A stretch of 64,000 bases of DNA from Trichoplax adhaerens (lineage: Eukaryota; Animalia; Placozoa), in contig NW_002060952.1 of NCBI RefSeq assembly GCF_000150275.1, positions 1,796,313 to 1,860,312 on the forward strand. The letters run 5' to 3'. The position numbers and the translations under genes are program-made. Shown here piece by piece: positions 25,401 through 35,938 of this stretch. The notes beneath the pieces are model-generated. The model worked only from the letters and a program-made list of their open reading frames with translations. It was not told the DNA's origin and searched no databases. Position 1 is the first letter of the stretch; every line of letters starts with the position of its first letter.

Positions 25401-26157
25401 TAAACAAGGCAAGCATAAAGAGAGTATTTCTATGTATGAGAAATCTCTCAAAATTACATTGTTAGTCTTTGGTTCCAAGCATCCCGATGTTGCCAAATCA
25501 TATAACAATCTAGGAAGTGTGTATGATAATCAAGGCAAGTATGAAGAAGCTATTTCTATGTATGAGAAATCTCTCAAAATAACATTGTTAGTCTTCGGCC
25601 TTAATCATTCGGATGTTGCCAAATCATATAACAACCTGGGAGCTGCATATAGACATCAAGGCAAGCATGAAGAGGCTATTTCTATGTATGAGAAGTCACT
25701 AAAAATTATATTGTCAGTCTTTGACTGCAATCATCTCGACGTTGCAGTATTATACAACAATCTGGGAATTTTGTACTTAGATCAAGGCAAGTATGAAGAA
25801 GCTATTCATATGTACGAGAAGTCTCTCAAAATTAGATTGTTAGCCCTTGATCATAATCATCCCGATATTGCTAATTCGTATAATAACATAGGAGAGGCAT
25901 ATAGACATCAAGGCAAGCATAAAGAGGCTATTTCTATGCATGAGAAGTCACTCAAAATTCAGTTATTAGTCTTTGATCATAATCATCCCGATATTGCTGC
26001 ATCGTACAACTATATAGGAGAGGCATATAGACATCAAGACAAGCATAAAGAGGCTATTTCTATGTATGAGAAGTCACTCAAAATTAAATTGTCGCTCATT
26101 GATCACTATCATCCCGATGATGCTGCGTCGTACACAATTTATAAAATATGTATTTAG
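22438..26157 (+). CDS. Intronless tetratricopeptide-repeat protein, ~27 tandem 42-aa TPRs (kinesin-light-chain/nephrocystin-3-like repeat type), ~1239 aa
   Basis: Long ORF (first ATG at 22438; the ORF track starts at a TTG at 22393). Consensus HPDVAKSYNNLGxxYxxQGKHEEAISMYEKSLKIxLSVFGHN repeats with a 126-bp period. No other domain is visible. Upstream exons cannot be excluded (acceptor-like site at 22300-22301). Confidence 0.93.
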   Translation: MSTIIIDPDRVQYYVCLLLSGIYLQQSECGKAKQLAEKAREIGEKLKDEIMIAESFHRYGDIKQVEGHLNEALNSYIKSVNIKLGHVDECNTSIANSYKEIGIIHCSQCNYKEAISMLEKSLEIRLSIHDRNHPDVAASYSNLANVYLDQGKHEEAISMYEKSLKIALSVFGHNHLDVAKSYNNLGNVYLDQGKHEEAISMYQKSLKITLSVFSHNHPDLAKSYNNMGAAYRHQGKYEQAISMYEKSLKIILLVFGNNHPDAAKSYNNMAVVYFNQGKNKEAISMYNKSLKITLSVFGHNHPDVAASYNNMGVAHRHQGKYEEAISMHEKSLEIQLSVLGHSHPDVAKSYNNIGAAYFNLGKHDKAISMYEKSLEIQLSVFGHNHPDVAASCNNMGVVYSNQSKYEEAIFMYKKSLRITLSFFGHNHSDVARSYNNIGAACFNQGKYEEAISMYEKSLKIQLSVFGYSHSSVAQSYNNIGSTYFNLGKHEEAISMLEKSLKIQLSVFGHNHPDVAKSYNDLGSVYLDLGKYEEAISIYEKSLRIHFSVFDHNHSDIATSYNNMGEVYKHQGKHEEAISMYKKSLKIQLSVYGYNHPSVATSYNNMGAAYSNQGKHEEAISMCEKSLKIRLSVLDRNHPDVAASYNNLGNVYLDQGKYEEAIYLYKKSLEIRLSAFGHNHRDVAASYNNLGIVYGNQGKHEEAVYMYEKSLKIRLLVFGSNHPNVATSYNNIGEAYRHQGKDEEAISMHEKSLKIQLSLFGHNHPNVSTSYNNIGTVYNNQGKHKEAISMYEKSLNIQLSVFGHNHPDVATSYSNLGNVYLDQGKHEEAISIYEKSLKIRLLVFGHNHFDVAKSYNNLGAAYGHQDKHEEAISMYKESLKIQLSVFGHNHPDVATSYNNIGEVYRHQSKHDEAIYIYEKSLKIRLSVFGYDHPDVAKSYNNMGAAYLNQGKHEEATSMYKKSLKITLRIFSRNHPDVAKLYSNLGDLYDKQGKHKESISMYEKSLKITLLVFGSKHPDVAKSYNNLGSVYDNQGKYEEAISMYEKSLKITLLVFGLNHSDVAKSYNNLGAAYRHQGKHEEAISMYEKSLKIILSVFDCNHLDVAVLYNNLGILYLDQGKYEEAIHMYEKSLKIRLLALDHNHPDIANSYNNIGEAYRHQGKHKEAISMHEKSLKIQLLVFDHNHPDIAASYNYIGEAYRHQDKHKEAISMYEKSLKIKLSLIDHYHPDDAASYTIYKICI

Positions 26158-26414
26158 ATTAAGGCAAGCATGAAGAAGCTTCTTCGATGTAAGGGAAATC
26201 ACTCAAAATTCAATCCTCAGTTCGTTATCACAATTATTCTGATTTTGTCAAATCATATAACAAGATGAAAGTTGCATATAATAATCAGGGCAAATACGAA
26301 CAGGTTATGTCTGTCCTGGAGAAATCATTCAAAATTTTAACTGTCAGTTTTGATCTCAACTTTTGCGATATTGCTACGATTATACACGTATGTAGCAATA
26401 TTTCACATTACTAA
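26134..26414 (+). pseudogene. Two degenerate TPR repeats continuing past the frameshift/stop of the TPR gene
   Basis: After a 1-nt deletion (TAC -AC AAT vs consensus TAT AAC AAT) the shifted frame reads NL*NMYLD*GKHEEASSM*GKSLKIQSSVRYHNYSDFVKSYNKMKVAYNNQGKYEQVMSVLEKSFKIL... Confidence 0.88.
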
Positions 26415-27179
26415 AGAGCATCAATTAGCTTTTATGGTTGTAGAGAAAGACATATAAGTCGTATTAACGCTAATAGTAAGATGTTCGAAAGTCCAATAAA
26501 TTAACGGGCATATGATGATACGATCGACTGTGTGAGATTAGGGCTTTACTTTATCTTTAGCGACTAACCCAAAATTTAGACTCTTGCTATGTACGACATA
26601 AACTTAGGACCTAGTGTACAGTGCAAGCTATTAAAACGGTATAAGCGTTGGATATAATACAACAATTCGTCAATTCTGGGGGATTTGTTTTTACGCCAAA
26701 GGTGATTTAAAGCTGGCGTGGATTGATGAATTATATTAAAAGCATGTTTTAGATCTTACCAATAAAGATGAAGTTAGTATGATATTTCCTATTCAATTTA
26801 ACCACATTTACAAGAACGAGCGCAACTAATCGAGCAAAAACAGTTTTGGGGTGATGTAACTTGAAAGCAATGATGTAGATGATATCGACTCTGTGATTTA
26901 CAAGGGAAAGTAGGTCAAGGACTTTTCATCGAATTGAAAGATCGTGTCAAAGACGTTAGTGAGTTTACTGAGCTATCAGCAAAAACAACGGAAGAAGGGA
27001 TTAAATTTGCCGAAGTTGCAGGAAAATTAAAGACAGGTTGATGCCATCAAGTAAAAAATAAAAAAATTTAAGTTAAAACTCAGCTGTTGACGAAAAGCAG
27101 ATTCTTTAAATTTTGATACTGACAATCTAAAATGCACTATTTGCTCAATTTTTGCTATTATAAATGAGTGATGGTCAAT

Positions 27180-27385
27180 ACAAATTCTTACTGCTATTCG
27201 TATTTCCATATTAGTGTAATTTGATCTCAATACTCATCATCTAAAAATAGACTAATTTTTTAATCTCTTGCTGTCTTGGTTTTATTTTATCGTTTAAGTA
27301 AGAGAGCGGTGATTAATAGAAAATTTTACTGCTATTCGCACGTTCCTATTAGTGAAATTGGATGTCGAAACTTGTCATCTGTAAC
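27180..27385. repeat. Short diverged tandem duplication (~140-bp period)
   Basis: AAATT(C)TTACTGCTATTCG....TATTAGTG.AATT.GAT.TC...ACT..TCATCT occurs at ~27182 and ~27321. Confidence 0.65.
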
Positions 27386-28597
27386 ATAATAAGGTTCGAT
27401 CCTTTCGTCTTGTCAATTTTTATCCTGTACAGACATCTGATCATGCTATCATTCTTAGTAATAATCCTCAATTATTTATTGTTGTTATTGTCGTCACTTC
27501 TTTATCAATTATCTCCTATTCATATACTGTACATGTCTTGATAAATCAAACTTTGTCAAGATTCCTTTGTTAATTAGTATAACAATTATCTTTTCCGATG
27601 GGCGACATAACCGGTCATGGCCATTATGCAATAAAATTATTAGTTATCGTTAAATTTATTTTTCTGTCTGTTTGTATCGCTTACCAATTAATCTCTTGAA
27701 TATACTAGTATGAAGCAAGAAATTGGTCGTGCAATTCGTTTACATGCTTTTTCATGCTTTGGAAGGTACTTTTATGTATTTTAAGCAATTTCTACATTTG
27801 TCCCTATTTTGAAATCGCTCCTGTAAAATTTAGAAATACTACAGTGCCGTTGATAAAAGACTTAGCTTGATCATGGACCAAGCAAGAAAAATGTCGAATA
27901 TTGTTAATTCACACTAGCTAAAAATAAAAAAGACATGATATCTGCTAAAACTATTTTCAATTGAGCCAACTTTTACTTCAATTACTGTATTTTGTAAATA
28001 AATCTCGAGTATAGTATCTAACATTGACATATCCCTCTATGTACTTAATCCTGACTCTCTATGATGTATTGTGTTGGGAGAAATTTGTATTATCTCTGTG
28101 TAATCTATTACTCAGTCCACGAATAAAAACCGACCTACTGTAAAATCTGATCATCTATATGATCTTCTGGTATCTCTAATACTGCATCTATGAATTGATG
28201 TTGTTCATTTCCCTGACACTGATTATAAATGTTTCGATTTTTAAAGTAATCCTATGAAGTAATACAGTAATTACTTTTATTAAGGCCATTAAGCTGATTT
28301 CTTACTGTCATTTACTCATTTTATTTTCATTCCTTGTAAACTCGATTCTATAACAGTCGAGTTAAAATATTGCAACCATCCACCTTAGTGAGACAAGCGA
28401 TGAATGTTATCCATTAAACTGCAGCATTATAGTACGTTTCATTATGATCAATCATGGTTTTAACAAACTGGTGTATCTCTTAGTGGCATCTTGACTTTTG
28501 CATCTCAGTATTATATACTCTACCCATGCATAAGCGTGCAGTAAAGGTATCTAAGCTGCCGCTTTCATTTTACAGTATAGTTGCCTATTTTTCACTC

Positions 28598-28912
28598 TAG
28601 CTACATATCCAATTTCTTGTTTTCCTCTACGTTAGCCAAAAGTATAAGGAGCAACTATAGGCTTGAATATCGAACTATTTATCAGGTAGTGGTCTTTCAA
28701 GTAACGATATATCCAACTACTGTATAGCCAACAACTATCATAGCAAGAACTCATCGTAAGTAGGAAACTGGTCGAGTAGAGTTAATCAGTTTCATAACAT
28801 ACGTAGTACTATACAGTGTACAGTATCATTAGCTGATAGCTTTGGTTCATGAAGCCAAAATTTTAACTATCTACTAATAATTTATTATTGTCGGATAGTT
28901 AGATAGTTAATG
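28598..28912. repeat. Dispersed ~290-bp repeat, copy B (inverted relative to 14777-15062)
   Basis: The reverse complement aligns collinearly with 14777-15062, with indels. Confidence 0.8.
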
Positions 28913-30736
28913 GACTGTCTAGTTATTCGATAGTTGTCAGCACAGAGTAGTATGATCCTTCAATTGAGTGTTTGGAGTACCGTAGTTACAGTAGATGATA
29001 ATGATGCACTTTGAAAATTTTGAAGCCTAATACTAGATTAGTTTCTATGAAATATGATTCAATTTACTTACTGTTAAAATTAAGCATGTTAAATGTATTT
29101 ATTTTCAAGATTTTAATGCGTCAAAAATTGGGAAATTTCCTTAGTATAATATAGCAAAGCTGGTATACGCTACTATTAAAACGTATAGAATCGTAATACG
29201 AAAGAAAAGCGAATGTTATGGCGTTAGCCTTTTTTGCAAAGGAGACAAGCCTGTCGATTAGTACTATAGTAGGCATCTTTAGCTCTCATACGTTACTTTA
29301 CATTCAGTATTTTAAAACACTATACGGCTGTTAAAAAATTCTACATGTATTGTAAAATGAAAATGTATGTAATGGGAAGTTGCACGAGGAGAACTGTTTT
29401 AATTGCGCTGCAAATGTATCGTAAGACATAGAGACGACTGTAATTATAATTTTTGCCTTGATACATAACTACTATAAAAAGGGAAGAAACGGGACAGGAA
29501 ATAGCTGCCATAACAAAAGAGTTGAAAGACTGACGATCATTTATCCAGTCATTCTGCTGTCATAGAAATCGAAGTTGGTCTAAGGCCATAATATCTTTCA
29601 ACTACAAACCTAACGTAGTAGCCATGAGGCTATTACAACCATACTTCATAAAATCTTCCTAGCAGCTAAATGTGCCTGTAGACTTTCCGAGTCTATGCCA
29701 GACACAATGACCACCATTTTGGATGAATGAATAACCTCTTATTGTGATGATACATGCAGCCACTTTATTAATTAGCAAAACTACGACTATTTCTAGATTA
29801 GACTTGTCAACTGACCACGACATCGCATAAGGTCTGTAGTAAATAGTATGTCGGTAATGACAAATGATTACATTAGTTTCTATTTACAGTTCACGTTTTA
29901 CCGGCATTCCGAAGTGGGAAATAAGTGATGATAGCTATGACCGTTTCACCGCCGATGATTTTACCATCAGGGAGATCTATGGATATGTAGTGCAGCACTC
30001 AAAAACAGATCATGTTTTGTAGATTAAATCATCGGTTTCATCAATAGATATCTACTACCACTGGATAGGTTATTTCTTAGATATAGTATCGTACTATATT
30101 CTAAATTGGACTCCTAGAACTTCCTTTCAATTTAACCATCAAGAAGTACTTTGCCTAGATAAGCATACAGATTGCCTGCCGATATTTGTATAGAGGAATA
30201 ATCTGCTCTATTCTAGCAATGATTTGTAGCCAGGGGTTAACAGTCATACTTTATGTATACGTATTATCTCTAGATGTACTAAATATTAACGCCATGGTCT
30301 ACCTCTTTCAACGGGTAAAATTGGCATAGATACATTTCTATAAAATTCAGCTGTTTTCTATGTCTATATCCTACACGGGAATCTTAACAGTAGTAGGCCA
30401 GTAATGTGGTTCATAACGAAATAATAAGCAGGAAAACAATCGAAGTACAGTCATTACGGATACTAGAAGAGTACGGATTCAAATGCTGTATTCCACTCTA
30501 CCATATATACAGTATTCCCCTAAGTACTAAGCAAGAATTAAAATCATCGGATGCAACGAGACATACTCAATTTCTATATTTTAAACTAGTTTTCAAAGAT
30601 TTATAATATCGTCTTTTAAAAATTTTATATAAAATTATGAAGCCGTAATCAATAGATTTGAAACGTATACTCCAATATTCCGCCTGTTGTTAAAGGTATA
30701 TGAGCGTATAAATGAACTATAATTTGTTCTTTAAAT

Positions 30737-31072
30737 GATTTGCCCACCCTAGTGTTGAGATGACATTAATCCAGTACTGTAGTAGCGCTTATTGTTACAG
30801 CCCATACGCTAATAATATGTCGTCAGAAACCAATTTTGAGTAAACGTTCTACTCTTAAATGTTAACTATTATTTGCGTTAACATAAGACTAATATAATGT
30901 AATTTAGCTACGATTTGCCTATTGAAAGATTTGCCCACCCTTGTCTTGCAATGACGTTAATACAGTATTGTACTAGCGTTTATTATAATATTAATTTATC
31001 CAGCCCATATAACATGTCGTCAGAAACCAATTTCGGTCAGGCATCCAGCTTTGAAATCTTAACTATTATTTG
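30737..31072. repeat. Diverged tandem duplication (~190-bp period) upstream of GPCR1
   Basis: GATTTGCCCACCCT...CAGCCCATA...ATGTCGTCAGAAACCAATTT...TTAACTATTATTTG occurs at 30737-30875 and 30928-31072. Confidence 0.85.
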
Positions 31073-32014
31073 ATTAGGATACTGTCTATTGTTTACAAAT
31101 TGCTAATTACTATCGATCTATGATTGTGCCTTTACTGCTATTGTTCTCTACTAACTTTAGCATGAACCTTATCAAGAAAGGATATAACCTTTCACAGTTT
31201 TGCAGCTAGGGTAAAGTGCTAGCTACTGCAATGATGTTTTAAACGGTCGTTAAGAGCTATTATTAACGTTACACCTTTCTACAATTTATATTTATAGTAT
31301 ACCAGTAACGAACAATAAATTGATAATTTATCCATAGCTAGATCGACCTTTGTATGCTAATTTCAACGCCTTCGTTCTCACTTTGTTCGTGTTATCTCTA
31401 ATTGTTTTAATAACAAAAAGCAGTTTTAGATTGTTTCATGTACAAGCTTGAAGATAGCAAGCATAGATTTACGAAACAATAATTAAAACGTCTTGAATAA
31501 GATAGCATTTAGGGATAATAGGCGTACAAATTGAATCATGTAGACTAAGAGGCTGAATTAACAATCACGGCAACAAGACAATTATAGAATTGTAGTTCTA
31601 AAGAATCGCATAAATTCTGTGTACCAATAACTAATCAATCACCATGACAATTAACGACTTAAAACTATGAGAATGCAAATTAAGTTTGATGAGTAACCAT
31701 CAACATTCCGGCGCTAATACAACAAAAGATTACATCCTATTATATATATTATGTTTCGTAATTGAATATATTCCTCGGCCCTTGCCGATTGTCAGTCATA
31801 AATTAATCGTCAATTTTTTCGTCACTTTGTTAAAACAGACATATGTTGCATCTGAGCGAGAAACATTTAATTAACGAAGAAGTTATATTCCATTCCAAGT
31901 GATCTTAGAAAAGTGCAATTTCTTTTCAATTAAATCACACATTTTTATTGGCCGTGGTCTTAAGTAGCAGCACATATTCGAAAATTACCATTCTAAATTA
32001 TTACAGTTACCAGG

Positions 32015-33073
32015 ATGTCCCTAAGAATAGGTTATAGCATTTTTCTTGGCGTTTTTTATATAGTCCTTATGATTATTGCTATTCCCGGCAATACTTTAAT
32101 ACTATGGATGACTTTCAGCAATAAACAATTACGTACGCCGACCAATTTACTCGTTAGTAATTTAGCAATTGGCGGTTTAGTTATTGCTATTTTTGCTATA
32201 CCTTTTCGAATATGGTCGTCTTTTAATTTTAGTAGCTATCCGTTTTCATTGGCAACTTGTCGTTTTGAAAAAATGATTCCGTTATCAAGTATAATGGCCA
32301 TTACATGCACTCTGTGTATCATTTGCGTGGATCGTTTTATTGCTGTGGTTTATCCCGTTAAGCATCATCTAAAAATGACTGCACTGAAAGCCTATATACT
32401 CATACCTACGATTTGGATTGTCTCAATAGCCTCATTTATACCATATGCAACCTTTAATATTTTATATAACTATTTTGGCACAATCTTTTGCATCCCATAT
32501 TGGCCTGATAATAGGGCAGTAGACATAGTTCTTAGTCGAAACGCAACTACTGGCGAACCTACCTCATATTTGGAATTTTCAAGGGTAATGTACTGGATAT
32601 TTATTGTCGTCTTTCTTTTTTATATACCAGCTATTATGATGACGCTTTTATATTCTATCACCGTTTTGAAAGTTAGAAGCACTATACAACCTAGTTATGG
32701 AAGCTTCAAAATGGTCAGTTCAGATAGTAATAAAGCCAAAGTCAAACAACGAAAGCGAGTTATTAATATTATGATTGCTTGCTGCTCACTCTTTGTCTTT
32801 ACAGGCTTACCTTATTATACTCTGAACATGTTGCTGGATTTACGAGTTATTACTTTACAGTCAGATGTTCGATTTGTTGTTTTCCGAACTTTAGCAGCGT
32901 TCCTTTTTACCAGTATTGCTTATAACGCAATTATTTACGGTTATTTCAATACAACTTATCGAAAATATACTCCTTTATGGCTAAAACATATAGGAAGCGT
33001 TTTGACGTTTAAAAGATCAACAACGATTACAAATTTATCTACAACGACGCAGCAGGAACAAATTCATTCATAG
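32015..33073 (+). CDS. Rhodopsin-class (class A) GPCR, orphan, neuropeptide-receptor-like; cluster member 1 (352 aa)
   Basis: Seven hydrophobic segments; IPGN (TM1), LRTPTN, TM3 Cys and DRF, W4.50, ECL2 Cys, YIP (TM5), LPY (TM6), YNAIIY (variant NPxxY). Confidence 0.95.
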   Translation: MSLRIGYSIFLGVFYIVLMIIAIPGNTLILWMTFSNKQLRTPTNLLVSNLAIGGLVIAIFAIPFRIWSSFNFSSYPFSLATCRFEKMIPLSSIMAITCTLCIICVDRFIAVVYPVKHHLKMTALKAYILIPTIWIVSIASFIPYATFNILYNYFGTIFCIPYWPDNRAVDIVLSRNATTGEPTSYLEFSRVMYWIFIVVFLFYIPAIMMTLLYSITVLKVRSTIQPSYGSFKMVSSDSNKAKVKQRKRVINIMIACCSLFVFTGLPYYTLNMLLDLRVITLQSDVRFVVFRTLAAFLFTSIAYNAIIYGYFNTTYRKYTPLWLKHIGSVLTFKRSTTITNLSTTTQQEQIHS

Positions 33074-35843
33074 TATATTATAAGGAGAATAATTACCTTA
33101 TTAAAGCGTTCTGCTGTGAAAGTTTAGAGCTAAGCACATCATTAACAACATGGCTTAGTCACAGAAAGTTTTCAAACTATCGTTCTAGTGATATCTCCGA
33201 CAAGCCTATTTAAAGGAATAGTCAATGACGTCTGCAAATTATGACGATGATCTACAAGGTTGGCAATCTGTCATTGGTCATAATTGTAGTAAATCTGAAT
33301 ATTTGTGAAGTAAAAAGCTAGATTATCACTAGTAATTAATTAATAACCGCAATATTTTCATTATAAAGATTAACAGAAACTTTTTTAAATCTTTAACTAC
33401 TACCTTCTGTGCAAGTAAACAAATTAAGAAGTACTATTTTTTGTTAGGAGTTATATAATTAAATGTTTATCAGTTCGTGTGTTAAATTTGACTACACAAG
33501 AAGGATAAATGTAAATCAGTTTAAGACAGTTTTTTACTCTAGCTACAAAATAACATATAAACGTATCAATATTACTAGTTTTTTGTAACGAAATATAAAT
33601 AGTTGTTAGAAATATTTTTTTAACTAGGCAATCCGGCACAAGTACGTTTACTTTGCCTCATTTAATAGCTACTCAGCACAGTAATCTAGTGTTGTAAAAA
33701 ATACACAGTGTAAACATAATTTATCTTTGCAATTTCATAGAATAAACTGTCCATTGAAACAGTCATTTATAAGCCGAATTCTAGGCCACTAACTTATATA
33801 GTGTACGTATATGTCTGCTTTAGGCATGGCTTTTATCTTTAACATCATACGATGTTATCATCTAACTACTTAAACGATAATAAAGACAAAAAACTAAACC
33901 ATAAATAATCTACTCATTGCTTGATTAGCTGGCTCTCAAATCAGAAAACCTCTCTTTAAAGCGTAGAAAATTAGTTAAAAATGCATTTGGTCAGTGCTCA
34001 ATCAAAAATAAGCCTGATTACTAGCTTAATGTTCTTACTGAATCATATTTAATTACGCATTTCATTTACTGGTTACTACTGCGTTTAGGTAGTTACTTGC
34101 AGTAATAATGATGCTAATAAGACAGTTGTTCATTTTAAATTTCCCTTTCATATATGGGAAAGGGCATGATCTGCGCAGATACAACATATAAGCCTGTTTT
34201 AGGCAATGGCGATTGTGCAATTTATATTAGTACAGTGCAAATAACATTTTGATGTACATAATGTGTTACTATCGTCTCGAATTAAGAGAGAATTTTAGCT
34301 TACTGTTTTGCAAATTTGCTATATTCAACTGCAAATTATATCGAGCGGTCATTCCAGGAACATTCGTACTCAGAACAGGTCAATAGTTTAAGAAATAGAT
34401 CCAATCTGCTATAGATCTTCATTAGTATATTACTTGAATTGATACTATCCACCTCCTATATCAAATAAAGGTTCAAGATAACTACATTAATACATAATTA
34501 ATTTAATAATTATATGTTAGACCATAATTGAGTAATCTATTGAAAATATTGTATATATGCAGTAGCTCGAAAGATAAGTACACTCTTAAATGATTTCATC
34601 AACCAATCACATAACATACTAAAGCAAAATATGTATGAATTAAACCTGCCAAAATTAGTAGAAAAACTAGTTTCGAAACTAAAATATGCCCTCGATCTAG
34701 TTTCCGATACTTTGGAATATGAGAAACCAGCACTTGCTGTAACGTATTTGCTAGGACCACATATAGAGAAGAATCTATAAAAATTTACGAGGAAAATTCA
34801 GATACAACTAGCTTATATATATTGCTGATATACATAGTTAACAAAGCGTAAATAATTACTTTATTATAACATATAATGGTTTACGGCAGGAAGTAATTCC
34901 ATTGTTGGATCCTTTATAATATCTGCAGTCAAAAGAGTAACTTGATACCATATAAAGTGAAATCCTATTCTCTTACTCCCTTCAGATACAGTAATATTCT
35001 GTAGGCGATATTCTTTTACAAGTTCAGATGAGCTTGCTCTTTATACCATATATGTAAGTCCCGTTTAAAATATACTCTAGCATGTTTACAAAGAATCTAC
35101 AGTGTCAATGTGTGGGATATTCTTTGACATAGCTCTTTTAGGATTTAAATATTTCTACCATTGACTGTATTGAGTCAAATAATAGAAAATTACAATCTCT
35201 ATATAGGTATACTATACGGTACCTATTAGAATTCAGCATGCACATAATCTTTTAACTAAAGAGCATATTTCTACAATTTGCTCTAAATAGCAATAATAGA
35301 CAAGATAATGACATTCACTACGAGATACCGTCTTACTACTAAGTAAATTGCTATCTAAAATGTTTAAAATAAAGATTCTACGTCTATATCAAAGTACAGT
35401 AGATACAATGGCAAGATTCATATTTCAAAGAAGTTAAACATATTTAATCTCTTTAAGGGAAACATACTTGGAAAGTAGGTACGCAATAGGGAATCGTCAA
35501 AGTAATAAAATAAAAACTATAATTTCTTATTAACTTCTTTTTATTACATAAGTTCTTCTGAGAGCAACCATGGATCATCTAGCTACAATAACGCGATCTA
35601 GATTATTACAGTAACATTCACAATCTATATTAAATTAATGCAGAACGATTTTTCCTCTATACAATCATATCTTGTCAGTTAAGTCTCATGATTAGATCTA
35701 ATCTACCATCGTGCCATCAATTCATAATTCAATCTTCTAAGTAATATATCACAATGCAAATTTTACAATTCTTACATGTTCAGCGCTATCTATTTATGTC
35801 TTACAATTTCAATATAAATATCTCAATGGAATTGCTAGTACAT

Positions 35844-35938
35844 TACAGTACAGTACAGTACTGTACACAGTACACGATATAAAGTTACTGAACCTCTGAC
35901 AGGTCTACACGGTACGGTATAAAGTTACTGAACCTCTG
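35844..35938. repeat. CAGTA run followed by an exact 21-bp direct repeat
   Basis: TACAGTACAGTACAGTACTGTACACAGTAC, then TATAAAGTTACTGAACCTCTG at 35878-35898 and 35918-35938. Confidence 0.85.

Noticed and set aside
22438-26157. Naming the TPR gene KLC or NPHP3
   Set aside because: Only the 42-aa repeat type is shared. There is no heptad region or NTPase domain, and the repeat number is far higher.
27388-27410. tRNA-like T-loop (GGTTCGATCC); similar site at ~58532
   Set aside because: No acceptor, D or anticodon stems can be built around it.
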